Source: Actinomycetes bacterium (GTDB lineage Bacteria > Actinomycetota > Acidimicrobiia > Acidimicrobiales > GCA-2861595). Taken from it: a stretch of 64,000 nucleotides of DNA. The notes below the pieces were generated by a model. It saw nothing but the letters and a program-made list of their open reading frames with translations, ran no database searches and was not told the origin of the DNA. Below are positions 47,925 to 56,238 of the stretch, piece after piece (within the stretch, counting starts at the first letter, position 1; every line of letters begins with the position of its first letter). The translations under genes and the position numbers were made by a program. The stretch is taken from the NCBI GenBank assembly GCA_023264975.1, contig JAHFUS010000008.1, forward strand, positions 7,219 to 71,218, written 5' to 3'.

Positions 47925-48072
47925 TTCGCTCCGTTCGGGCGAGTCTGGCGGTGCTGTGGCGACCGGCGGAGCCGGCCGCCACCGCGCTGATTCCTTTCTT
48001 GCCGCCCGCCTGGGGGGCCGCCTTCGGCGGCGTCTGCGGCCGGCGGCACCCCTGGCGGACCACCCCCTTCTG
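47925..48072. repeat. Single copy of a hairpin-rich intergenic repeat family (related to 50388-50600)
   Basis: By eye, GGTGCTGTGGCGACCGGCGGAGCCGGCCGCCACCGCGCTGA (47949-47990) aligns with 50489-50530, and TGGGGGGCCGCCTTCGGCGGCGTCTGCGGCCGGCGGCA (48011-48048) aligns with 50559-50596. Confidence 0.5.
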
Positions 48073-48717
48073 GTGAGCCGGGTCACGCTTTCTTCCGGGA
48101 CTCCTGCCGAGCTTGTGCAGCCTCCCGGCGATCCGGTGCGGGGGTTGGTTCTGGTGCCGGACATCATGGGGTTGCGGCCGCTCTTCGACGGGATGTGTGC
48201 CCGGTTGGCCGAGGAGCACGGGTGGGCGGTGTGCGCGCCCGAGCCGTTCCCCGGCCGGGAGCACCTGCCGATCGAGCAGCGCGATATCGGGTCGAACGAC
48301 GACGAGGCGGTGCTGGGGGACCTGGTGGCCGCCGCCGACCTGCTCGACGTGGAGCCGGTGGCCGTGCTCGGGTTCTGCCAGGGCGGGATGTGGGCGTTGA
48401 AGGCGGCGAGCACGGGCCGGTTCGACAGGGCGGTGGCGTTCTATGGACTGCTCCGCGTGCCGTGGGCCCGCCCCGGTCACGCTCAGCCGCTCGAGTTCCT
48501 CACCAGGCCGGGCACCGCTCCTGTCCTGGCCATCGCCGGCGGTCGGGACCTGCTGGTCCCGGTGGGCGATGTCGACGCGCTGGCGGAAATACCGGGGGTC
48601 GAGGTGGTGTTCTACCCGGAGGGCGAGCACGGCTTTGTCCACGACCCGGCACGGTCCACCCACCGGCCCGACGACGCCGCCGACGCGTGGCGCCGGGTCC
48701 TCGCGTTCCTCGCCTGA
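48073..48717 (+). CDS. Dienelactone hydrolase family protein
   Basis: GLVLVPDIMGLRPLFDGMCARLAEEHGWAVCAPEPF is the typical DLH N-terminus. Nucleophile region GFCQGG. I chose GTG 48073 so that the repeat element stays intergenic. Confidence 0.75.
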   Translation: MSRVTLSSGTPAELVQPPGDPVRGLVLVPDIMGLRPLFDGMCARLAEEHGWAVCAPEPFPGREHLPIEQRDIGSNDDEAVLGDLVAAADLLDVEPVAVLGFCQGGMWALKAASTGRFDRAVAFYGLLRVPWARPGHAQPLEFLTRPGTAPVLAIAGGRDLLVPVGDVDALAEIPGVEVVFYPEGEHGFVHDPARSTHRPDDAADAWRRVLAFLA

Positions 48718-48804
48718 GGGCGACGGCTGCGTTTCGGTTGTCCGGTCCGGGCGATTCCCGGTACCCTGCGTTCATCCCCCCTTCATCTCTTCCTCTGGAG
48801 AGGT

Positions 48805-49293
48805 ATGCCTGAAACTGCGTTCGATGTCGGTGACAAGGTCGTCTACCCGCACCACGGGGCGGCGGTGATCGAGAAGCGAGAGAAGAAGGAAGCCTTCGGT
48901 GAGACCAGGGAGTACCTGGTCTTGAAGCTGGCCTACGGCGATCTCACGCTGATGGTGCCCTGTGACAACACCGACGAGGTCGGGCTCCGCGAGGTCATCA
49001 ACGACGAAGAGGTGGAAGAGGTCTTCGCAGTCCTTCGCAAGAAGGAAGCGCGGATGCCCACGAATTGGTCGCGCCGCTACAAGAACCACGTCGAGAAGCT
49101 GAAGTCGGGCGACATCTACCAGGTCGCCGAGGTAGTGCGGAACCTCTCCATCCGCGACAAGGACAAGGGCCTGTCGGCCGGCGAGAAGCGAATGCTCACC
49201 CGCGCCCGGCAGATCCTCGTGTCCGAGCTCACCTTCGCCATCGGCGTCTCCGAAGAGGAAGCTGAGCAGAAGCTCAACGAAGCACTCCCGTAG
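48805..49293 (+). CDS. carD: CarD-family RNA polymerase-binding transcription regulator
   Basis: FDVGDKVVYPHHGAAVIEK...RRYKNHVEKLKSGD. GGAGAGG RBS. Confidence 0.95.
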   Translation: MPETAFDVGDKVVYPHHGAAVIEKREKKEAFGETREYLVLKLAYGDLTLMVPCDNTDEVGLREVINDEEVEEVFAVLRKKEARMPTNWSRRYKNHVEKLKSGDIYQVAEVVRNLSIRDKDKGLSAGEKRMLTRARQILVSELTFAIGVSEEEAEQKLNEALP

Positions 49294-49304
49294 ATCGGGG
49301 GTCT

Positions 49305-50417
49305 TTGTTACAGGCCTCTGTCCGGGAGGTCGATACGAGCGCAGTGTTCGTAGAAGTCGTCCGCCTCTTCATCGTCTTGCTGACGACGGCGGCGGGCTTT
49401 GCCATCGGCAGGGACCCGTCGGCCGTCGACGCCGGTAACGGGGCGATCCTCGGCGCCACCCTCGGCGCCTGTGTGGGCTACGTGGCGGGCGGCGTCCTGG
49501 GGCGCCTGCTCGACCACGGCCTCGGCATGGCCGAGCGCCGTTTCGAGCGCACGCCGGCCCACCAGCTGCTGGCCGGCGGGGTCGGCGCCATCGTGCTGGG
49601 CGGACTGGCCGGCGTGGTCGTGCTGCCGGCCGCCCTGGTGTTCCCGCCGCAGATCGGCTGGTCGGCAGTGGGGCTGGTGGTGTGGGTCGGGGCCTTCCTC
49701 GGCTACCGCATCGGCGCCCGCAAGAGCGACGAGCTGCTGGCCATGGCCGGCCTGTCGTCGCAGCCGCTCCTGCGTACGACCCAGTACGGCTCGCCGGAGT
49801 CGCCCGCCGTCCTGATCGACGCCACGACGGTCGCCGACGGGCGCGTGCTCGCCGTGGTGCGGGCCGGCTTCCTGCGCGACGCCCTGGTCGTGCCGCGCTT
49901 CGTCCTCGACCACCTCCGGGCCATCGCCGAGATCGAGGACCCTGTGCGCAGTCGCCGGGGCCGGCGCGGGCTCGAGATGCTCGAGGCGCTGCGGCTCCAA
50001 CCGGAGGTGACGCTGCACGTGCTGGAGGACGAGCTGCCCGAGCACGACGACGCCCACGCCAAGCTGGTGGCCCTGGCCCGCCGCTCCAACAGCGCGCTGC
50101 TCACCCTCGACGAGGCGCTCCAGCGCACGGCCGAACTGCAGGGCGTGCGGTGTCTCAGCCTGCGCCGGCTGGGGGAGGGCATGCGCCCCGTCTACCTGCC
50201 CGGCGAGGCGGCCCGCCTCCCCATCGTGCGCGAGGGCAAGGAGGCCGGGCAGGGCGTCGGCTTCCTCGACGACGGCACCATGGTGGTCGTCGGCGGCGCC
50301 CGGGAGCTCGTGGGCCAGGAGGTGGACGTGCGCATCACCAGCAAGGTGGAGACGTCGGTGGGGCGGATGCTCTTTGCATCCCTCGATTCGGAACCGGAGG
50401 TTCCGAATCGAACTTGA
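49305..50417 (+). CDS. PIN/TRAM domain membrane protein (YacL-like)
   Basis: N-terminal TM helices, a PIN-like core (VLIDATTVADGR...LLTLDEAL), and a C-terminal TRAM (GQEVDVRITSKVETSVGRMLFA). The last ~10 codons are encoded by the repeat element. Confidence 0.8.
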   Translation: MLQASVREVDTSAVFVEVVRLFIVLLTTAAGFAIGRDPSAVDAGNGAILGATLGACVGYVAGGVLGRLLDHGLGMAERRFERTPAHQLLAGGVGAIVLGGLAGVVVLPAALVFPPQIGWSAVGLVVWVGAFLGYRIGARKSDELLAMAGLSSQPLLRTTQYGSPESPAVLIDATTVADGRVLAVVRAGFLRDALVVPRFVLDHLRAIAEIEDPVRSRRGRRGLEMLEALRLQPEVTLHVLEDELPEHDDAHAKLVALARRSNSALLTLDEALQRTAELQGVRCLSLRRLGEGMRPVYLPGEAARLPIVREGKEAGQGVGFLDDGTMVVVGGARELVGQEVDVRITSKVETSVGRMLFASLDSEPEVPNRT

Positions 50418-50600
50418 TGGTGCTGCGGACGGCCGGCGAGCCGGCCGTCCTTTCGGCTCGGAACCGGAGGTTCCTCGCCGAGTTGATCGTGCTGGAGGAC
50501 GACCGGCAAGCCGGCCGTCCTCCGCGCTGACAGCTCATCGACTGCGGGCCGCCAGCCGTGGGGGGCCGCCTGCGGCGGCGTCGGCGGCCGGCGGCAAACC
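50388..50600. repeat. Two tandem ~70-bp units plus a shared tail of a hairpin-rich repeat family
   Basis: TCGGAACCGGAGGTTCC occurs at 50388 and again at 50458 (70-nt period). Each unit also carries a GGACG(G/A)CCGGC..GCCGGCCGTCC hairpin. The tail TGGGGGGCCGCC.GCGGCGGCGTC.GGCGGCCGGCGGCA is shared with the 48.0 kb copy. Confidence 0.6.
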
Positions 50601-50665
50601 CAGCCCCGTCCCACTCGCCCGGCGTCCCTTCTCGTGCTCTCGCCAAGTTCGGGCGATGATGCGGT

Positions 50666-51766
50666 GTGCTTGTTTGGACGATCGTCTTGGCTGCGGGGAC
50701 TGGGTCGCGGTTCGGGGGGGCTAAGCAGTATGCGTCGCTCGGGGGGCGGCGGGTGCTCGACTGGTCGCTGGATGCGGCCCGGGCGGCGGGGGACGGGGTC
50801 GTGCTCGTGGTGCCGGCGGGCGAGGTGGAGCGGCCGGAGGCGGCTGATGCCGTGGTGGCGGGGGGCGACACCCGCTCGGGTTCGGTGCGCAAGGGGCTGG
50901 GCGCGGTGCCGGACGGCGCCGACGTGGTGGTTGTCCACGACGCGGCCCGCCCGCTGGCCGGCCCTGTGCTGTTCCGGGCCGCCGTCGAGGCGGTGCGCAG
51001 GGGCGCCGCCGGCGCGGTGTGTGCCGTTCCCGTCACGGACACGGTGAAGCGGGTGACGGGGTCCACCGTGGTGGCCACCCTGGACCGCGCCGAGCTGTGG
51101 GTCGTGCAGACGCCGCAGGCATTCGACGCCGGGGCGCTACGGGCGGCCCACGCCGGCGGGGGCGAGGCGGGTGACGACGCCGCCCTGCTGGAGGCGGCCG
51201 GTGAGGAGGTGGTCGTCGTGCCCGGCGATCCCCGCAACCTGAAGCTCACCGGCCCCGATGACCTGGTGGTGGCCGAGGCTCTCGGTGGATCACCTGCGGT
51301 ACGCATCGGGCAGGGCTACGACGTGCACGCCTTCAGCGACGACCCGGCCCGCCCCCTGGTTCTCGGTGGCGTGGTGTTCGAGGGCGAGCGGGGCCTCAGC
51401 GGCCACAGCGACGCCGACGTGGTGGCGCATGCCGTCGCCGACGCCGTACTCGGCGCCGCCGGGCTGGGCGACCTGGGCCGTCACTTCCCCGACACCGACC
51501 CGGTCTGGGCCGGCGTTGACAGCCTGGTGCTGCTGGCCGAGGTGGTGCGCCGGGCGTCCGATGCCGGCTGGCGCCCGGCCAACGCCGACTGCACAGTGGT
51601 GTGCGAGCGGCCCCGCCTGGCGCCCCGGCGCGACGACATGGAGGCCCGCCTGGCCGCCGTCCTGGCCGCGCCGGTCAACGTCAAGGCGGCTCGGGCGGAA
51701 GGCCTCGGCGCCCTCGGGCGGGGTGAGGGCATCGCCTGCTCGGCCGTCGTCCTGGTGGGCCGGTGA
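50666..51766 (+). CDS. ispDF: Bifunctional 2-C-methyl-D-erythritol 4-phosphate cytidylyltransferase / MEcPP synthase
   Basis: IspD: VLAAGTGSRFG, VVVHDAARP. IspF: RIGQGYDVHAF, GHSDADVVAHA. Confidence 0.9.
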   Translation: MLVWTIVLAAGTGSRFGGAKQYASLGGRRVLDWSLDAARAAGDGVVLVVPAGEVERPEAADAVVAGGDTRSGSVRKGLGAVPDGADVVVVHDAARPLAGPVLFRAAVEAVRRGAAGAVCAVPVTDTVKRVTGSTVVATLDRAELWVVQTPQAFDAGALRAAHAGGGEAGDDAALLEAAGEEVVVVPGDPRNLKLTGPDDLVVAEALGGSPAVRIGQGYDVHAFSDDPARPLVLGGVVFEGERGLSGHSDADVVAHAVADAVLGAAGLGDLGRHFPDTDPVWAGVDSLVLLAEVVRRASDAGWRPANADCTVVCERPRLAPRRDDMEARLAAVLAAPVNVKAARAEGLGALGRGEGIACSAVVLVGR

Positions 51767-52641
51767 CGCCGCCGCCGGGTCGGCGACCGGCGGGAGGCGG
51801 CCAGCCGCCCCGGGGCCGGCGCCCGTCCGCCGGCGTGCCCGCCCGTCGTGGCTCGCCGCCGGGTGCACCGTCGCGCCGCGGCGGCCGGTCAGCGCTGCAG
51901 GGGATCGGCGGCGAGCAGGTCGAGGGCCGCCACGCCGTGCGCGAGCTGCTGGCCGCCGGCCGCCGGCGGGTGCGCGAGGTGCTGGTGGCCGACGGCATGG
52001 ACCCGTCCGCCCTCGTCACCGAGATCCTCGACCTGGCCGCCGGCGCCCGTGTTCCGGTGCGCCGGGTCACCCGCGCCCGACTCGACGCGGCGGCCGCTAC
52101 TGATGCGCCCCAGGGCGTGGTGGCCAGGGCCGAGGCCCTTACGGAGGCGGACCTCGACGACCTGGTTCGCACCGTGGCCGGGCGCACGCCGTTCCTCCTC
52201 GCCCTCGACGGCGTCACCGACCCCCACAACCTGGGTGCCCTGCTGCGCACCGCAGAGTGCGCCGGAGCGACGGGCGCTGTGTTGCCGCGCCACCGGGCCG
52301 TCCACATCACCCCCACCGTCGCCAAGACGGCGGCAGGCGCCATCGAGCACCTGCCCCTCGCCGTCGTGCCCGGGCTGCCGGCCGCCCTCAACCATCTGCG
52401 CAAGGCGGGGGTGTGGACGGTCGGGCTCGACCAGGACGCCCGCCAGAGTGTCTACGACCTGGAGCTGGGCGCCGAGCCCGTGGCCCTGGTCCTGGGCGCG
52501 GAGGGGAGTGGCCTGTCGCGGCTCGTCCTCCAGCGGTGCGACGTGGCCGTGCACATTCCTCAGAGAGGGTCGCTGCCGTCGCTGAACGTATCCGCCGCCG
52601 GCGCAGTGGCCTGCTTCGAACTGGCCCGCCGGCGGGCCTAG
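51763..52641 (+). CDS. rlmB: 23S rRNA (guanosine-2'-O)-methyltransferase RlmB (SpoU/TrmH family) with basic N-terminal extension
   Basis: The GTG overlaps the ispDF stop (GTGA). VEGRHAVRELL, LDGVTDPHNLGALLRTAE, VLGAEGSGLS, SLNVSAAGAV. Confidence 0.85.
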   Translation: MTPPPGRRPAGGGQPPRGRRPSAGVPARRGSPPGAPSRRGGRSALQGIGGEQVEGRHAVRELLAAGRRRVREVLVADGMDPSALVTEILDLAAGARVPVRRVTRARLDAAAATDAPQGVVARAEALTEADLDDLVRTVAGRTPFLLALDGVTDPHNLGALLRTAECAGATGAVLPRHRAVHITPTVAKTAAGAIEHLPLAVVPGLPAALNHLRKAGVWTVGLDQDARQSVYDLELGAEPVALVLGAEGSGLSRLVLQRCDVAVHIPQRGSLPSLNVSAAGAVACFELARRRA

Positions 52642-52725
52642 CGCCCGGCGGCAGGCACACGACCGATTTGGGCGGCGGGCGCTGATTTTGGCGCGCCCAC
52701 CCGCGCCTAAACGCCACTGTGACCA

Positions 52726-52754
52726 TTGACACTCGGGGTGCCCCTAGTTACAAC
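52726..52754 (+). promoter_or_regulatory. Candidate promoter TTGACA-N17-TACAAC upstream of the Spo0H-like sigma gene
   Basis: Hexamers read directly in a low-GC intergenic stretch ~80 nt upstream of ATG 52835. Confidence 0.35.
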
Positions 52755-52761
52755 TAACTAG
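52744..52761. promoter_or_regulatory. 18-bp palindrome CTAGTTA-caac-TAACTAG overlapping the candidate -10
   Basis: Perfect 7-bp arms read directly. Its position suggests an operator. Confidence 0.45.
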
Positions 52762-52834
52762 CTCTTTCCCGCAGGGCCGCTGCTCGAACCGCACGTTTCG
52801 GTCTTTCGTCACACCACAGCAGGAGCCCACGCCA

Positions 52835-53497
52835 ATGCCGGTCCGCTGCGACATCCCCTCCGCCGTCGTCACCGACGCCGACCTCGTCGAGCGTTATCAC
52901 GCCGGCGACACGGACGCCCTGCTGGTGCTGCTCGAGCGCTACCGGCGCTTCGCCGCCGTTCGGGCCCGCACCTACTTCCTGGCCGGTGGCGACTCCGACG
53001 ACATCGAGCAGGAAGGGATGATCGGGCTCTTCAAGGCGGCGCGCGACTTCCGGGGCGACCGTGAGTCGTCGTTCCGGGCCTTCGCCGAGCTGTGCATCAC
53101 CCGCCAGGTCATCAGCGCCGTGAAGTCGGCCACCCGGCACAAGCACCGCCCGCTCAACCAGTACGTGTCGCTCTCGGGCGTGCGGGGCGGCGACGACGCG
53201 GCCGAGCGCTCGGTCGAGGACCTGCTCGATCCCCATGCCGTCGCCGACCCGGCCGATGCGGTGATCTCCAACGAGCGCATGGCAGCCATGAAGCGCTCGA
53301 TCGGTGAGACACTCTCCGGGCTCGAGGTCGAGGTGTTGCGCCTCTATGTGGAGGGCAAGTCCTACCAGGAGATCAGCGCCCAGCTCGGCCGGCACGTGAA
53401 GTCGATCGACAACGCCCTCCAGCGCATCAAGCGCAAGCTCGAAGGTCACCTGAACGAGGGCGTCGCCCCCGAGGACCTGGTCCTCGCCCAGGGGTAG
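52835..53497 (+). CDS. Sigma-70 family sigma factor closely resembling Bacillus SigH (Spo0H)
   Basis: Long collinear matches to B. subtilis SigH as I remember it: RARTYFLAGGDSDDIEQEGMIGLFKAARDF, SFRAFAELCITRQVISAVKSATRHKHRPLN, SYQEISAQLGRHVKSIDNALQRIKRKL. Confidence 0.85.
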   Translation: MPVRCDIPSAVVTDADLVERYHAGDTDALLVLLERYRRFAAVRARTYFLAGGDSDDIEQEGMIGLFKAARDFRGDRESSFRAFAELCITRQVISAVKSATRHKHRPLNQYVSLSGVRGGDDAAERSVEDLLDPHAVADPADAVISNERMAAMKRSIGETLSGLEVEVLRLYVEGKSYQEISAQLGRHVKSIDNALQRIKRKLEGHLNEGVAPEDLVLAQG

Positions 53498-53542
53498 CGA
53501 CCGGCGGACCTGAGGTCCGGCCCGCGGTCGGCGCGCAGAGAG

Positions 53543-53616
53543 AGCCCGAGGTGGGAATCGAACCCACGACCTGACGCTTACAAGGCGCCTGCTCTGGCCG
53601 TCTGAGCTACTCGGGC
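53543..53616 (-). tRNA. tRNA-Thr (anticodon UGU)
   Basis: I folded a 74-nt cloverleaf by hand: acceptor GCCCGAG/CTCGGGC, D arm GCTC/GAGC, anticodon stem GGCGC/GCGTC with loop CTTGTAA, T arm GTGGG-TTCGATT-CCCAC. CCA is not encoded. Confidence 0.9.
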
Positions 53617-53684
53617 AACCGGAGGTGCAGCGTAGAGCGGGAGGGTCCTTGAACTGCGGTGAGTTGGCTGGCAGGCTGCCAGGG

Positions 53685-53945
53685 ATGTCCATCTCCGACC
53701 GCGACCGGGCGATCCTCGACTTCGAACGAACGTGGTGGACCCTGCCGGGGCCCAAGGAGCTGGCCATCCGCGAGCATCTCGGCCTGTCCGCCACGCGGTT
53801 CTACAAGATGCTCGGCGATCTGGTGGAGTCGCCGGACGCCCTCGCCTACGACCCGATGGTCGTCCGCCGCCTGCGGCTGAAGCGTGACCTGCGCCGGCGG
53901 GCCCGGTACGAAGGGCCCGCCAGCGGGCGGCCCCAGATCCGTTGA
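53685..53945 (+). CDS. DUF3263 domain protein
   Basis: MSISDRDRAILDFERTWW...GPKELAIREHLGLSATRFYKML is the characteristic DUF3263 pattern. ATG 53685 lies within the longer ORF. Confidence 0.7.
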   Translation: MSISDRDRAILDFERTWWTLPGPKELAIREHLGLSATRFYKMLGDLVESPDALAYDPMVVRRLRLKRDLRRRARYEGPASGRPQIR

Positions 53946-54586
53946 GGAACATGCGCCGCCCGGGTCAGTCAGGCGACGACGCCTCGTTCGGGCGCTCGGC
54001 GGGCATGCAGCCGGGCCGCGGCGCGGCCTTGCTCGTGGTGGCGGTGCTGCTCGGCGTGGTCCTGCTCAACGCGGCCGACGACGCGCCGCCCGACCGGGCG
54101 CCAGCGGGGTCCTCCGACAACGGGACCTCCGAGACGACCCTCCCCGCGGAGGTCAGCACCACGACGGTAGTCACCCTGCCGCCCCGTGCGCCGGCCGACG
54201 TGAAGGTCATCGCCGCCAACGGCACGGACACCAAGGGCGTGGCCCGCAAGGCCACCGACCTGTTGAAAGCAAGCGGCTACAACGTGTTGTCGCCCACCGA
54301 CACCACCGCCAAGGCAGCGGCCAGCAACGTGTACTTCGTGGGTGACTACCAGCGCGAGGCGGAGGCGGTCGCCGCCGGCCTGAGCCTGCCTGTGACCAGC
54401 GTCCAGCCCTTCCCGACGGCGCCGCCGCCCATCGCCGACGCCCGGGGCGCCAGCGTCATCGTCGTCATCGGCTCCGACCTGGCCTCGACCCTCGGAGGGT
54501 CGACAACGGCGTCGACGGCGGCCGGCGCCACCAGCACCACCACGGCGGCGCCGGGCGCCACGACGTCCACCACCAAGAAGCCCTGA
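53942..54586 (+). CDS. LytR C-terminal (LytR_C) domain membrane-anchored protein
   Basis: TTGA overlap with the upstream stop (ATG 53951 is an alternative). One TM helix, then VKVIAANGTDTKGVARKATDLLKASGY...VYF, then a Thr/Ala-rich tail. Confidence 0.7.
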   Translation: MRNMRRPGQSGDDASFGRSAGMQPGRGAALLVVAVLLGVVLLNAADDAPPDRAPAGSSDNGTSETTLPAEVSTTTVVTLPPRAPADVKVIAANGTDTKGVARKATDLLKASGYNVLSPTDTTAKAAASNVYFVGDYQREAEAVAAGLSLPVTSVQPFPTAPPPIADARGASVIVVIGSDLASTLGGSTTASTAAGATSTTTAAPGATTSTTKKP

Positions 54587-54598
54587 CCGCGGGCCGCG

Positions 54599-55390
54599 TC
54601 AGCCGGCGCGGCGGGTCGTGGCCGTCACGTCGACCTCGAGCGTCCCCGGCACCGCCACGCCCGCCACCCCGGCGGGCGGCAGCAGGGTGACCGCGTACCG
54701 GCCCGTACTGCGGGACTCGACGGCATGGACCTGGTCGTCGTCGAGGTCGTAGGAGACCACGGCCGCGGTGTCGAGCGACCCCTCCAGGGCGAGGCGCCCT
54801 CCCGTGTCGCCGGCCGTCTGGCGCACCGGCAGCCGGTAGCGGCTGTCCACCCGTGCCACCCGCCGCCCGCCGTCCACGCCGAGCGCCACCAACCGCCCCC
54901 GGCCCGTGACCCGTGCCGCGGACGAAGCGGAAGGCAACGCCACCGGCTCGTCGATCTCCCACGTCTCGCCCGGGGCGAGCGCCCGCCGGGGCGGCGCCGC
55001 AGCCGACGCAGGCAGTATCTCCGACAACCCCAGGTCGCCCAGGGCGTCCGCCGGCAGTCCCTCGATCCGCTCCACCCCCACAAGCTGCCCGGCCCGGTCG
55101 AACCGCACCAAGAACGTCGAGGGAGCAACTCCCTCCTGCGACAACCGGACCTCGACCTCAGCCCCCTCCGCCCCCGACGACAGCACGCGGTGGCGAGCCG
55201 TCAGGGTCGAGGACGCCTCCCGCCGCCTGGCAGCTTCGTCGCCGATCCGGGTGACCGTGACGGCGCGCACCGAGGTCCGGTAGGTCACAACCTCGCCGAC
55301 GGCCGGCCGGTACGAGATCCTGACCGTCCCCGGCGAGCAAGCAGGAAGCGCGACCAGCCCCAGAACCCCCACCCACCGGAGCGCGCGCAC
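54599..55390 (-). CDS. Hypothetical lipoprotein
   Basis: Signal with lipobox LVALPAC. The rest looks beta-rich. I recognise no family. Confidence 0.55.
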   Translation of the reverse strand: MRALRWVGVLGLVALPACSPGTVRISYRPAVGEVVTYRTSVRAVTVTRIGDEAARRREASSTLTARHRVLSSGAEGAEVEVRLSQEGVAPSTFLVRFDRAGQLVGVERIEGLPADALGDLGLSEILPASAAAPPRRALAPGETWEIDEPVALPSASSAARVTGRGRLVALGVDGGRRVARVDSRYRLPVRQTAGDTGGRLALEGSLDTAAVVSYDLDDDQVHAVESRSTGRYAVTLLPPAGVAGVAVPGTLEVDVTATTRRAG

Positions 55391-55458
55391 AACCCATCCC
55401 TACCCCATCAACCGACCATCTCGCCGCGGGGAGGATCGGCGCAGGTACGTTCACCCGG

Positions 55459-56238
55459 GTGGAAGAGCTGTTCGCAGCATTCAGGAGCGAGCCGGGAACC
55501 GCAGGCATCCTCAGCGACTTCGACGGGACCCTCGCCCCGATCGTCGACGACCCGGATGCCTCCAGACCCCTGCCGGAGGCCGTCGACCTCCTCCACCTCC
55601 TGGCCACCACCTACGGGCGGGTCGCCGTCATCTCGGGCAGGCCCGCCGCCTTCTTGTCCACCCACCTCCGACTGGCGGAGGGCGACGGCCTGATGGCCAT
55701 CGGTCTCTACGGCATGGAGATGGCCGGCGGCGGTCAGGTAACCGTCGACCCCCGCGTGCTTTCGTGGCTGCCCGTCGTCGACGAGGTGGCGTGCCTGGCC
55801 GAGGAGCAGGCCACCGCCGGCGTGTACGTGGAGCGCAAGGGCCTGTCGGTCACGCTGCACTACCGCACCACGCCGTCAGCCGCGGCGTGGGCGACGGAGT
55901 GGGCGGCCGCCCAGGCCGGGCGCACCGGGCTCATCCGCCACCCGGCCCGCATGTCGGAGGAGTTGCGGCCGCCGCTGCCGGTGGACAAGGGCACCGTCGT
56001 GGCCCAGCTGGCCGCGGGGCTCCGGCGCGTCTGCTTCGTGGGTGACGACGTGGGCGACCTGCCGGCGTTCGCCGCCCTCGACGAGCTGGCGTCCTCGGGG
56101 GCCATCACCGCCGTGAAGGTCGGCGTGCTCAGTGAGGAGGCGCCGCCCGAGTTGCTGGCCGGCGCCGATGTGGTGGTGGACGGCCCGGGAGGGGTCGTCG
56201 ACCTCCTCAGTCGCCTGCTCCCCCCGACGCCGGCGTAG
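55459..56238 (+). CDS. otsB: Trehalose-6-phosphate phosphatase
   Basis: HAD motif I LSDFDGTLAP, VISGR, and a late GDDVGD motif. Confidence 0.85.
   Translation: MEELFAAFRSEPGTAGILSDFDGTLAPIVDDPDASRPLPEAVDLLHLLATTYGRVAVISGRPAAFLSTHLRLAEGDGLMAIGLYGMEMAGGGQVTVDPRVLSWLPVVDEVACLAEEQATAGVYVERKGLSVTLHYRTTPSAAAWATEWAAAQAGRTGLIRHPARMSEELRPPLPVDKGTVVAQLAAGLRRVCFVGDDVGDLPAFAALDELASSGAITAVKVGVLSEEAPPELLAGADVVVDGPGGVVDLLSRLLPPTPA

Noticed and set aside
50388-50527. CRISPR array
   Set aside because: There are only two units, directly abutting with no spacers. The units are ~70 bp and diverged, and no cas genes are in the window.
52754-53794. 346-aa minus-strand ORF
   Set aside because: It is antisense to the Spo0H-like sigma gene and runs straight through the tRNA-Thr gene. 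No motifs are present.
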